This document shows, in pieces, positions 1 to 11,947 of a stretch of DNA of 30,520 nt; within the stretch, counting starts at the first letter, position 1, and every line of letters starts with the position of its first letter. The notes under the pieces were generated by a model that saw only the letters and a list, made by a program, of their open reading frames with translations, ran no database searches and was not told the origin of the DNA. The DNA is taken from assembly GCA_000388065.2 (NCBI GenBank), contig KB932222.1. One strand, 5' to 3'. Source of the DNA: Fonticula alba ATCC 38817 (Eukaryota > Protista > Nucleariida). A program made the position numbers and the translations under genes.

Positions 1-2910
1 CCGTCGGGCAAGGGGTGCCCCAGGCGCTTCGCTCGTTTCTCTTCGCCGCCCCATGAATAGGGCCACGCCACGGCCAGCGCCTCATGCGTCGGTGGCTGGA
101 TCGAGGCGTCGGACAGCGCGCGGGCATCGGCACCCCGGCATACTGGACGCCGGATGGAAAACAGCCCCGGTGCGCCTTAAAAAAATGTGACACGCACTTG
201 GTGGTGGTGGTGTCTCCGCCAGCCGAGGCATGCCGCCTGGAGCCGCGCATGCAACCGACTCCCCCGGGCCCCCGTGGGAGTGGGTCTATTTTGACCTCTG
301 GTCATCGTGGGCATCCAAGGCGTCCGATCGCCGCGATGCTGACTGCAATTTGGACATTCCCCCGACCATGGCCAATGCCTTCCTCGGACAAGCACGAGCC
401 TGTCGAGGCTTCTCCTGCCCGCTCGGGCGGCGCGGCCGCACTGGCTCCTTGGCACATGGCGACCGAAGGGCCGAGGCAAGCACACCCCCGCCGTTGCGAC
501 CTTCAAGCGGTCGCCACCGCCGCCCTGTTGGGCCGTGAGGCCGCTTGCTTGCCATGTCACCAACAGATGCCCCCGAAACCACGCAGAGGCACCCGGCCCA
601 GGGGACCGGTGGCCCTCCGATGTGACGCAAGAGTCCGATCAAAAAAAAAAAAAACCCAGCCAGCCGGGTGCCTATGCCTCACACATGTCCCAAGCACACC
701 CATTGCTCTCCGCTGGCCTCCGGGGCACCTGCCCGGGGTCTTGGATGCACGGCGCGCCGACGCCGAGATCCCACCGAAGCCCTTCTCGGAGAGTGACCAC
801 CGTGGCCATGGGGCCGGTCCTGCAACGAGGCGACTGTCTCAGATCCCGGAGGATGTGCCCTCCCTCCTTTTTTCCGAACCCTTCCCTTCCCCCTCGCACA
901 TCGTATGCCACCCGCCCACCGCCGGGGGTCAACATCAGCACGAGGGCACATGCCCGGTGGTCGGGAGCTCCATCCGGCGCGCCCCGCTTATTCCCTTGTC
1001 CGGCCCGAGGGCATTCTCTCCATGCCGTGACAGAGGCATGCCCTTCTGACGCTCCAGCGACCGGCATGCCTCTCCCGGTCCCCGTGTCCTGGGGCCGCCA
1101 CCCTCTTCGGCGGTGCCTCCCGCTCCCTGCCAGGGCTCGGGAAGCGGGCCAAAGCCCCCGCCCATGCCTCGGTCCAAATGGCCCCCATCGAGCCGAGCCT
1201 GTGAACCTGCCGCCCTATTCCGGCTTCCTGTCTGGTGCGTGGCGCACCGCGGGCACCCGGCCGGCAGCGAGGTGCCCCTCCGAGGCATGCCAACTGGCGC
1301 CAGCGATGACCACACAGGAGGCAAGGGCAGTACCTATGCGCAGGAGCGGCAGCAACAGCAAGCCTCAACGCCTGACAGAATGGCCCCCCCCCTCACCCCC
1401 ACGCACACAGGCGCACGCCTCCACATAGCCATCACCGACTGCTCCTCACCGCGGGGCCCCCTCGCAACGGCTGCCACGATGTGCCCGAACACCCCGTGCT
1501 CACGCTCTCCGATGGCACGCGATACGGGCCCAGGGGGCTTGTTTTGTTTCGGGCCCACCACGCTCCTCAGGGCAGCAGGCCGGCCACCCATAACCCGAGG
1601 CCGGGTCGGCTTTGCCTCGGCCTTCGGGCGAAGCAGGCCAGGCTTCAAACCCGCGGCGATCGAGGGGGATGGAGGTCGGATGGAGGCACCGCCGCGTGGT
1701 AGCCCCCGGCGAGTGGCAGGGTTGTCACGATCCCGGTCCTTCGTCAAAGGGGCCAAGCTATGGCGAAAGCCACACCGGAAATATGCCACAGGCCCGGGGC
1801 ATTTTGCGCACGAAAGGAGGTCGTACCGAACCAGGGGAAGATCGTCGCCCGAAAGGAACAGCCCAGGGGCTCGACCGCGGACGGGTTCGTCGGCAAGCAA
1901 CATGGAAGGAGCCTCGCCAGTGGTTCAAAGTGCCTTGAAGGGAGGCCCAAGACCCGGTGTTCGCAGGTCTCACCGGTGCTGCCGCCATGTTCTCGCGTGC
2001 TCTTCGACGCCGAGCTGCTGAGGCCTTCGCTCTCCGGAAACTCCGCGGCAGGATCCCCGCCTTCCTCAACCTTTGGGATCGGTCACGGGCCCGAGCTCCG
2101 CGACCGGGCCGGCCCACACGCGTCTCCTTCTCGCTCCCCCGTCGAACGTACGCACACCCTTCGACTCTCCTGGTCACCGTGCTGATGCCCTGCCCCGCAT
2201 TCCTCCCTGGAGGAAGCCCATTGAGCATGGCAAGCCATCCACCGGATCGTGCCACACGTTACCGATACCGAAGTGGTAGGCCCCTCTGCCGGCCACAGGG
2301 GGATCTCGCTCCGGCAAAGGCACAGTATCAACGCCACTCGATGGTCGGCCTTTTCGCAATCCTCGGAGGACGATCGCCATATCGGGACATGGCACACAGT
2401 GCCACGGGGACCGACGCGCACGGTCTGCGACTCAGCAGGCAATTGGATTCGGCGAGTCTGGTGGCATGCCCCCACATGGCCCCATCTGGCGGGGAGACGC
2501 CAGCAAGGGACCACATGGCCGGGCAAAGTGTGGGCCCAGTGCGCAGGAGGCGGGCAGGCCGGGCGCCGATCGAGTGGGGGACGAGCTGACACCACGGTGA
2601 GAGGGTGGCATTTTGGCGACAAAAAAGACCGGCGGCGACATGGCCCCCAGACACGGCATAGGTCCCAGCAGGGGGGTCCAGGCGGTTGCGATGCATGGCT
2701 TCCACCACCCACCTGCCCCGGGCTCGAGTCTCCGCGTGTGGGAGTTGACTTGGACCATGCTACCTTGCCTCATTCTCTCGGCATAGGGGAGGGAGCTCAT
2801 TCGCCAGGTTGTGGTTGTGTATTGGCGCGTGGGCGGCGCGGGGGACATCCGGGCGGAGAGGGGCACAGCGAGAAGGCCCCGCCCCATCGGGCGGGGCTCT
2901 GGTCGTCCCT

Positions 2911-5900
2911 TCAATCGATGATGTTCATGGACTGCGGGTCGCGCCATTCGACGCACGCCACGCGGCGGTGGGGTTATGGAGTTAGAGGGGCGGGGGTGGG
3001 GAAAGAGCGGGCATTTGATGGGAGACGGCCAGGCAAGGGCGGCAGACGCACGAAATCCTGCTTGGCGCCGGCGCCACCGCCGACGGCCTTGGCGACGAAG
3101 ACACCGCCCACGACGATGAGAGCCAGACCCAGCACGGCGCCGACGACACTGACCGCAATCACCCAGGCGGCGGTCTTGCCCGGGCGGGTGCCTGCCAAAC
3201 CCGGCGCGGTCCCGACGTCCGAGCACCACACATACCGGCACACAGGGAAAACCCCCGAGCAGGAGGGGAAAGCACCGCAGAAGGAGGGTCAGCACGAGGG
3301 GAGGACGAAAAGCAAGGCCCCCTCCCGCCCCCCCATCGATGGAGGGGAGAGCACTCAAGGCAGGGGGGGAAAAAGGGGCGAGCGAGAGGGAAAGAAAAGA
3401 ACACAGAAGCATGCGCGCACCGGTACTGCTGCTGGCCCCGGTGGAGTCGTTGCTTGTGCTGTCGGAGGCAGGACCAGACCCACCAGGAGTGGACCCGCTG
3501 CCGGGGCCGGGAATCGAGCTGCCGCTGCTACCGCTGCTACCGCTGCTACCGGACCCGGGGACACCGCTGCCAGGGGACGAGCCATCCGCCTCGACACACT
3601 GGCCAGCCAGGCCATCGTCCATGAGCCGGGCATCGGCCGGGGCCGGGACCAGGCCCGACGGGCAGGAGGCCAGGCAGTGGCCCTGGTGCATGTAGTGGCC
3701 GCGGGCACACAGGTCGCACGTGGCCCCGGCCGAGGAGCACCGCTCGCAGCCAGCCGGGCAGGCGGCACACTCGAGGCCCACCTCCACCGTGCCGGCCGGG
3801 CAGAGGGCAAACACACACTGGCCGGTCTCGCGGACCAGCCGGTGCGAGGGCTGGCACGTGGTGCAGCGGTTGGCCTCGTCGCATTGCTGGCAGGCCGGGT
3901 CGCGGCAGCGCTCCAGCACATTGTCCAGCACCACATAGGAGTTGGTAGGCCGGCGCTCGAGGCAAAGGTCCCCCAGGCGCCACAGGTGCGACTTGCACCG
4001 GGTGCACCGGTGCCCCTCGCGGCAGGTCAGGCAGTCGGCCATGCACCGCTCGCAGCGGCCCTCGGCCGTGGAGTAGCTGCCATCCGGGCAGGCGGCCACG
4101 CAGGCGCCGGTGCTCGGGTCGACCTGCGGCCGGGCCGGGTCGGCGCAGGACAGGCAGTCCAGGCGCGGGGCCGCCGTCGGGGCGGGCCGGTACTGCAGGC
4201 AGGTGGCGCAGCCGGCCGGACAGGCCTGGCACTCGTCGGTATCCAGCGGCCGGTACATCCCGGCCGGGCAGGTGATCACGCAGCCAGCGCCATCCGGCAG
4301 GACCAGCAGCCCGGCCGGGCAGCTGGGGCACTTGTCCTGGAAGGTGTACTTCGGGCAAATGATCCCCGGCGAGGGGACACACTCGCCGGGCACCGTCTCC
4401 AGGGTGAAGAGGGGACACTGCTCGACGCAATTGCGGCCGTGGATCAGCAGCCGCGTGGGCTGGGTCTCGCAGACCAGGCAGCGGTCGGCGTCGCAGGAGG
4501 CGCACTGCCAGCCGCAGGGACGGCACGTGCCACCGGCGGGCTCGGCCACTGCCTCCATGAAGCCACGGCTGCCCGGGGCACTTGGGTCGATGTAGCTGCC
4601 CGAGGTGGAGCCAGTGTAGCTGCCAGAGGCCGAGCCCATGTAGCTGCCAGAGGCGGAGCCACCCCAGCTGCTGGACCCGGTCGGAGGCAAGGCATCGCTC
4701 GGGTCAACCGGGTGGAAACCACTCGGGCAGACGGCCACACAGGTGTTGTCCTCGGTCAGGTAGCTGCCCGGGGGGCAGGTGACACAGGTATTGGCACCAG
4801 GGCCGAGGCAGGTGGCACACGATTCGTGGCAGCCATCGGCCACGCAGATGTCCTCGCAGGTGCCGCACTCCGGCTTGGGGCAATACTGGCAGAAGTCCTT
4901 GCAGCGATCGCACTGCTGGCTGCGCATGGCGGAGAAGGCCCCGGCCGGGCAGTCGGGCTCGCAGTGGCCGGTCCAGGTGTGCTCATTGCGATTGGTCATG
5001 GTGTAGCCAAAGCGACAGGAGGTGCAGTCCTCCGGGCCGGGGCCCTCGCACGCCTGGCAGGTATGGTGGCAGGGGCGGCAGGTGTCCGCCGAGTAGGAGC
5101 TGCTGCCGCCGCCGGAGAGGCTCGACTCATCGTCCAGGTGCGCGGGGAAGGTGCGGTCCGGGCAGTCGAACTGGCAATTGCCATTGACCAGGGCCAGGGG
5201 ATTGAAGCAAGCACCGCAGGTGTACGGGCCCAGGCAGTGGGCACAGGCATTGGTGTCGTAGTCGCACGTGCGGCAGGTGCCAGTTTGGTGCTCATTCGGC
5301 GGGTACACCTCCAGGAAGCGATGGCTGTGGCAGCTGGTACAGCGGTTCTCCCCGGCACCGGCGCACGTGGCACACGAAGGATGGCAACGCTCGCAGGCCC
5401 CGGTGTCCGGGTTGGGGAACTGCCCGCTCGGGCAGGCAGGCAGGCAGGCCCCCAGGCGCAGGGTCAGCCCGGCCACGCAGCCGGTGCACTGGTCGGGCTT
5501 GCGGCACTCGGTGCAGCCAGCCGGGCAGGCACGGCAGTTCCGATCCTCCGCGTGCAAATAGTAGCCAGGGAGGCAGGAGGCACAGCGCCCGGGCCGAAGG
5601 AGGTCCGGCTGGGAGCAGCCATGACTGACCGGGAAGCACTGGCCCTGCTCGTATTTCCAGGAATCCGGGCACCGGAGGGGGATGCACTCGCCGGCGGCCA
5701 GGAACCAGTCATTGGTCAAGCAATTGAGGCACGAGTGCGAGCCATGGCCGGAGCAGGCCCCGCACGAGGCGTCGCGGCAATCGTAGCACAGCCCCTTGTA
5801 GGGGGCGCCCGTGGCGTCAAAGCCACCCGGGCAGTAGGGGCCCGGCTGGCACCGGCCGCTGGTGGTCCAGACGCGGGTCATCGGGCAGGAGGAGCACTGG

Positions 5901-6614
5901 TGCTCGGCCGGGCCGGAGCAAGTCAGGCAGCTCTCGTGGCAGGGCGCACACCGGGCATTGGCGGCATCGACATAGGCCGAGGCATCGCAAAAGCGCTGGC
6001 ACGTGCCATCCTGACGGAGAAGCAGCCCGGCCGGGCAGGCGGTGCACTGGCGCGGCTGGGCCCGGTCGCATGCCAGGCAATTCGGATGGCACTCCATGCA
6101 GCCGGGGGTGTCTGCGTGTTTGTGGGTGTGATTTTGTTTTTCGTTTGTTTTTTTTTCCCCCCCGTGTCAGCGTGCTTGTTGCAAAGTGTGAGGGCAGCCA
6201 GGGCGAGGGCATGGGGGTGGTGCACGCACCGGCGATCGAGCAGAAGGGGAAATCCCCGAGGTTGCCGGCGTAGTCGCTGACCGGGATGGCCGGCGGCTCC
6301 CAGTAGTAGCTCCCATCGTCCGAGAATGGGTCGGACCCGGAGTAGGAGTAGGACCCGGGGTAGGACCCGGAGTAGGAGTAGGAGCCCGAGGTCGGCGCAG
6401 AGCCGGAGTAGGAGCCCGAGGTCGGCGCAGAGCCGGAGTAGGAGCCCGAGGTCGGTGCAGACCCGGAGTAGGAGCCCGAGGTCGGTGCAGACCCGGAGTA
6501 GGAGGCGGAGGTGGAGCCGGCCCCGGCGGCGGGAAGGAGACCGGCCAGGACGGCATAAATGCCGATGGCGGCCGAGACCGCGAACCACCGGCCAGCACTA
6601 CCGCGGCTGGACAT
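2911..6614 (-). CDS. Cys-rich (furin-like/VSP-like CxxC repeat) type-I membrane protein, about 1078 aa; complement(join(2911..2931,3052..3191,3421..6111,6230..6614))
   Basis: Signal-like N-terminus MSSRGSAGRWFAVSAAIGIYAVLAGLLPAAGA starts at ATG 6614. ORF 2432-6097 carries dozens of CxxCxxxC furin-like repeats. TM AAWVIAVSVVGAVLGLALIVVGGVFVAK lies in another frame (ORF 2974-3243). Three GT-AG introns (donors GTGCGT, GTGCGC, GTGCGT) join these in frame, total 3237 nt ending ...KQDFSMNIID*. The last intron is the least certain. Confidence 0.85.
2932..3051 (-). other. Probable intron 3 of the Cys-rich membrane protein gene (120 nt, phase 0)
   Basis: GTGCGT donor, CTCTAAC branch-like motif, CCCGCAG acceptor; followed by TCC ATG AAC ATC ATC GAT TGA. 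Confidence 0.6.
3192..3420 (-). other. Intron 2 of the Cys-rich membrane protein gene (229 nt, phase 1)
   Basis: GTGCGC...TTTGGCAG; pyrimidine-rich interior; puts the TM exon (GTRPGKTAAWVIAV...) in frame. Confidence 0.8.
4591..4662 (-). repeat. 24-nt coding tandem repeat x3 (GSASGSYM/GSASGSYT/GSTSGSYI)
   Basis: TGTAGCTGCC recurs at 4591, 4615 and 4639. Confidence 0.9.
6112..6229 (-). other. Intron 1 of the Cys-rich membrane protein gene (118 nt, phase 1)
   Basis: GTGCGT...CACGCAG; joins ...SIA-G to AC-ACC-CCC-GGC-TGC-ATG, in frame with MECHPNC. Confidence 0.85.
6375..6504 (-). repeat. 30-nt coding tandem repeat x4.3 encoding SYSGSAPTSG
   Basis: Unit GGAGTAGGAGCCCGAGGTCGG(C/T)GCAGA(G/C)CC; two copies each of two variants. 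Confidence 0.95.
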
Positions 6615-6630
6615 GGCGAGCAAGCGGCGA

Positions 6631-6693
6631 GGGCGCAAGGGACAGAGGCAGAAGGTGGGCGCAAGGGACAGAGGCAGAAGGTGGGCGCAAGGG
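6631..6693. repeat. 26-nt tandem repeat x2.4 just upstream of the ATG of the Cys-rich gene
   Basis: GGGCGCAAGGGACAGAGGCAGAAGGT occurs twice, followed by GGGCGCAAGGG. Confidence 0.9.
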
Positions 6694-8028
6694 GGAAAAG
6701 GGCAGGAGCACACAAGGGGAAAGGAAGGGGGAGCCCGAGTGATGGGGCTCGGGATTCCGCTCGGCATGCCCGTGGTGCCCCCTCAACAAATGGGGGTGTC
6801 ATTAGCGCTGGCCATGCGGACCGCCTGCGCGCGGGGGATCAGCCTCGCGGCATGCAGGGCCCCAGCTCCGGGAGGCGCCGTGCGCGTGCTCCGGGCTAAG
6901 GCCGCCCGCCCGCCCGCCCGCCCGCCCGCCGGTGCCCCATTCCGGTCCCTCGGCCTGGGCAGATCTCCCCGACCATGGCGAGGCATGGTCACTTCGCCCG
7001 GTCCGTCACCCCGACCCCCCCCCGATCGGCGGGCGTATGTGCTCGGAATCCAGGGGCCGCGCGGGGCCCGGGAAGGCATTCCCCGAAGCCCGGACTGAGA
7101 CGCATCCGGGGGTGTGTTTCTCTGTGGGGGGCCGTGGGAGCACCACCGGGACACCGGAAGATCGCTCCTTGGAGTGGGGGTGCCCCATGTTTCTCCCCGG
7201 TGCGGACCGGCACCGGTGCGCGACTTGGCAACTCTGCGCCCCCTTATTCCTGACACGCGAAATATATGCAGGCAACCGGGGGGGAGGGGGGGGGGGGGGG
7301 GCGAAAAAAATCCGGAACAGAGCGGGGACCGGGGGGCGATGCGCCGTGAACAAGTCATTTGGGCAAGCAGGAGCAAAGGCGGGCATTGGAGAGGCGGGGG
7401 CGGGCGGGGGGTGGGGGGAGTCGCAAAAGCATATGCGCACGCCCTGCCCAATAAAAAAAAGGCGGGCATGCGGGTGCTCGCCATGACTGCCGCCCGGGAC
7501 TGAGCTTCGCAATGTCTCATGTTCCTACGTTGATCACGGGGCAATCCCAAGGAGGTGACTCTCACGGGTTGACCTTGTCGAAGGCCCAAACCGTCCGAAG
7601 TATGCACCGTCACGAGCAAGGCGCGAGGCTCATTATGGTGGGAAGCACGAGGAGGGAGAGAGGGAGGGGAAGGGGGGGGGGGGGGGGGGGCCTGCCACCG
7701 CGTGCCATGGTCAGAGAGGGAAGCCCCTGGGGGAGCTGCGAGGCTCCATCTCTGGGCCGGTGCTGCGAGGGGGCAACAAATGGCGGGAGCCCCTGCGGGT
7801 GGCCGGGGCCTGAAGGAGGCCAGGAAAGCCGCTCGAGGCTGGGTGCTTCTTCGTGCACGGTCGGCGCGGCTTGGAATGGCGGTGGGCTCAATCTTCAGCA
7901 TGATTGGCCGGTAAGCACTTTTGTCCCCCCCTGTCCTCCGCTCCCCGCCGGTGCACGGAGGGCCCCCGCACATCGCGACACATCGCCGCACAAGTATACG
8001 CACGCCCATGCGCCCATCTACACGCACC

Positions 8029-8083
8029 TACACGTACGTGCCGTACGTACGTACGTACCGTACACACACACACACACACACAT
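8029..8083. repeat. (GTAC)n followed by (CA)n microsatellite
   Basis: TACACGTACGTGCCGTACGTACGTACGTACCGTACACACACAC... Confidence 0.85.
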
Positions 8084-9173
8084 GCATCCACACATACATT
8101 CACACGGCGGCGCCCTCGACACAGGGAACACAGCCCCATCTCGACAAAGGCACATTCCATGGCTGAGCACTTTCCGTCTGGCAGGTGGCCAAAGGGCACC
8201 GGCGAGAGGACCGCCCAAAGCGCCCCGCCGCCAGGCGGCTGGCACTCGGAAAAAGGACCACATCAAAAGCAAAGGTGGGACACCCGGGATCTGGGCCAAA
8301 ATCGGGCCTGCGTCAGGGACCGACTCGCTCCGTTCCCGGGGGAGCCACGCACACTGACAGGACAGCGGAATGGCCACAGGCCCCGCAAAGCGAATGACCA
8401 TCCCTCAAGGTGCCGAGACCTTGGAGGGGCGGGGAGGGGGGCGGCGGAGAAAGGGGCCCTTGTTTCGGGGCGCCCAGGGGGGAGGAAGCACCCAGGAAAG
8501 GAAGGATCCATCGGGCTGAGTCGGCTGCATCCATGATGCTCGACGCGTACATCTTCCTTCAGAAGAGGGGGAAATGGCAAGGCGGCTTTCCTTGCCGAAT
8601 ATGCCCGGAGGCGTCATCCCATTGGCAGGAGAGGCGACGGCAAGGAGCCCCACATGGCAGGGAGAGGTGAGACGAGCGCCGAGGAGGTGGACGAAACACA
8701 GCTCGGCCCGTTCGTTGGGGGATGACATGGCGCTACCATTTCCACAACACAACCAAAACATTGCCCAGCCGAACCGCCGGCCGCCCCTGTTGCTGCGAGA
8801 TCTGCCCGAGTCAGATGAGTATCCCCGGGGCCGGTGCGGGGTCCCTCACGAAAATGCCACCCAGAATGGCGACCCTCGCCCGTTCCGGCGTTTGCTGTTT
8901 CCTTCTCAGGACCAGCCCAGATGGGCACCACGCGCACTTTCTCCCAGGTCTGCCCCCCTCCCCCCCTCCCCCCAGTATCTCGGGACCCGAGCCCCTCCGC
9001 AATCAGCCACCAAATCATGGGGAATCCTCGCCCGCGGGTGCCCATGCATGCCATGCCCACTGTCCGCACCTTCTTCGGCTGCCGCCCTCGGCAGATTCCG
9101 GCACCGCCCATCACCCGCACCTCCTGCCTCCCTCCTCCCCTCCCTCGGCCCGATTGCCCTCCTCCTCCACACA

Positions 9174-9204
<31 letters not shown>

Positions 9205-9209
9205 CGCCC

Positions 9210-9293
9210 NNNNNNNNNNNNNNNNNNNNNNNNNNNNNNNNNNNNNNNNNNNNNNNNNNNNNNNNNNNNNNNNNNNNNNNNNNNNNNNNNNNN
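9210..9293. other. Assembly gap (84 N) following a (CA)n tract
   Basis: Run of N. Confidence 1.
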
Positions 9294-9318
9294 CACCCCC
9301 GCGCGTCCACTTTCGGCC

Positions 9319-9982
9319 ATGCATGACATCCAGCCGATCCCACCTTCGGCGCCGGTCAAGACCGAGATCCTGGCCCTCTTCCGCCACGGACCGCACCTCA
9401 ATGCCCGCTACGCGAACTTCATCATTACCGGCATCATTCGAGACGGCTTCGTCTCCTTTTCCCACTGCCGCCCGGCCACACTCTCCTCCGACATTGAAGC
9501 TCCCTTCGAGAAGTCCGCCCTCCAGGGGCTCACTCTTCGCCTCGGCTTGGCCTCCAAGTGGATGAAGACCGTGCGTGCTGGCCGCCCGCGCTTTCCTCTC
9601 CCCATCTATCCCCCCCCCGTGCCGATCTCACGCAGACCGGTCCTGCACGCCGTCACTGATCGCCCCCCCCCCCCTCCCACACACACACACACACACACAC
9701 ACGCACCGGCCCTCGCGCACAGGTTGGCGTTCCCCACAAGTCCCTCATCGTCGGACGCAATACCGCCCTTCTCATCCACCTGGGCGAAATTGTCGTCATG
9801 CGCTTCGACAAATCCGGACATGCTCCAGGCCCCGTATACTGGGAGCATGGCGACATCCCGCACGGTACCACCTTCCAACTGCGAGCCAGCTTAATCTACT
9901 TGACCTCCCAGCCGGAGCCCATTGGCTTCATGAACGCCGGCGAGGTCTTCCTCTTCGAAGTGCGCCCGATGACTTCCAACCC

Positions 9983-10036
<54 letters not shown>

Positions 10037-10078
10037 ACCCCCTCCACCGCTTCCACCAGCGCCCGCCCCTCCGCCAAG

Positions 10079-10136
<58 letters not shown>

Positions 10137-11903
10137 CGCGCCCCCCAACGCACCCCGTCTCGCCGCTCACATCCTACGCCCGACCTCATCTGGTGCCAGC
10201 CCGCATCCAGTCATTCCACACCCCCACTCAAGCACCTGGTTCTCTGCCAGGGACAGCTCCACATCAACACCGGCTCCTTCACGGCACAGGTGGCCTTCCA
10301 CTCCCTCGGCCAGGGCGCCCGGGAGATCACCCTGCCCGATGTCCCGGTCGCCGACCAGTGCATCGGCTGCCTCGGCTTCTCGCCCCACATCCAGACCCAG
10401 CTCTGGTCCCTCGCCCTGGAAAAACGCCAGGGCAATCTCCGCTCCCTGGGTCTCGCCTGCAAGTCCCTCCTCTCCTGCTACCTTTCCCGCAACATTCTCT
10501 TGAGGCGCCTTTTCGCACATGAAGACAAGCTGCTGCTCATCCTCCATGGCTGCCTCATCCTGGCGCAGTTCCCTCAACCCCTGAGTACCCTCTGCCCTGG
10601 CACCCTGGATGGCCCTATCCCGGAGGTGGTCCTGCTGCAGGGGCTCTCCCTCGAGGCCCACTTCGAGCCGCTGGCCACCCGCGGCACGGTCTTGCTCGTG
10701 GACCCGGACCAGCGCACCGGCTACTCCATCGACATGAACCACCCCTTGTCCAAGTTCTCCATCTTCCCCCAGGTGCGCCATCCCTTCGGGTCTTGGTTGC
10801 CGAATGACGGGTGGGCCTGGGCGTGTATGCATGTGTGGCATCCTTGTGTTTGTGTGTGCCCATGTCCGTGCGGTTGTGCCCATGCGCGTGCGTATGTTCA
10901 TCTGGATGTGGATGTCCGTGTATGCCGATGTCCGTGTGTCCATGGACGTCCATGCCCGGCTGCGGCTGGGAAGGCCCCCCCCCCCTGGCCAACTCCCTCG
11001 CCATCACGGCCCATAGCTCCGCCATGGCAAACCCCTCGCGCGGAAGCCCGCCCCCGGCGAGGACCAGCCGCGGCAGAAGGAGGCCGAGAAGGCCCGCTGC
11101 CCGGCGACGCCCCTTCACGCCCGCCACGGAAAGACACCCGACCATGCCAAAGCCACCGCCAGCACTCGCCCGCACCCATATCTGGCTGACATATTCCCAC
11201 CCGCCGGTCGGCCTTCGCCCGCGCGCAGGTCCCCCTCCCGCGGTTTGAGAACACCGCCGCCAACTGGTCCTTCTTCTCGCGCGACGCATTCTGCTTCATC
11301 GCTCCGAAGACCTCGGCCATCTTCTCCCTCAGCTCCATGAACTCCTTGGCCCAGATTACCACCGGCTCCGACATGGCCTTCCTCTTCGCCGGAAAAGGTA
11401 CCCTGAAATCCGTGCACCTCGGTGGCCCGACCCAAACACACCAGGTATGTCACCACTCGCGATTGTCTCCCCCCCCCCCACCCCCCTCCTTCACGCGTCA
11501 CTGACCAATGTGCCCCTCTCGCCCAGGCCCTCGGCTTCGGCGGACTGGCCGACCCCAAGCGGCTCATGGTCCTCGGCCGGCGCTTCCTCTCCCTGCACGA
11601 GAATTACCTCGTCTGCCATGAGTACCACCTGGGCCTGGAGGACTTCCGCCCGGCAAGCTTCTCCTTCGCCCTGCGCCTGGCCGCACAGGCCGGCAACCTC
11701 AGCCTGGAGCCGGCCGTCCCGCCGGCCGACGACCGCTGCCGCGTGGTGGTCGACAACCAGTGGGCCATCGTCGTGGATCTGGCCCTGGCCCGGGTGCTGT
11801 CCTACCAGCCGGCCAACCGCCCCCTTGATCAGCCGACCGTGCGTCACACATCTCCAGCGCGCGGTGTGCCCCCAACGATTCCCCCTACCCGAGGAGGGGA
11901 CAT

Positions 11904-11947
<44 letters not shown>

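Noticed and set aside
1400-1960. Possible second kinase-head relic (EHR...ISGVAFAI versus EHR...VSGPAFAI) and an HFEPLA match to the orphan gene
   Set aside because: Isolated 6-residue matches are expected by chance in a six-frame search; no signal peptide or EVRWG block. A frameshift-aware alignment would settle it.
2249-6280. 1343-aa plus-strand ORF
   Set aside because: Antisense shadow of the GC3-rich Cys-rich gene; Ala/Gly/Arg-rich with no domain.
6375-6504. Regular repeats resembling a CRISPR array
   Set aside because: No unique spacers; it is an in-frame coding tandem repeat in a eukaryotic gene.
9986-10135. Poly-proline stretch in ORF 9798-11189
   Set aside because: It lies between a GTGCGC donor (9960) and a CAG acceptor (about 10199), so it is intronic poly-C rather than protein.
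10898-11374. Protein-like minus ORF MSEPVVIWAKEFMELREKMAEVFGAMKQ...
   Set aside because: It is the exact antisense of plus-strand exon 11229-11444, which has proper splice sites and fits the gene frame.
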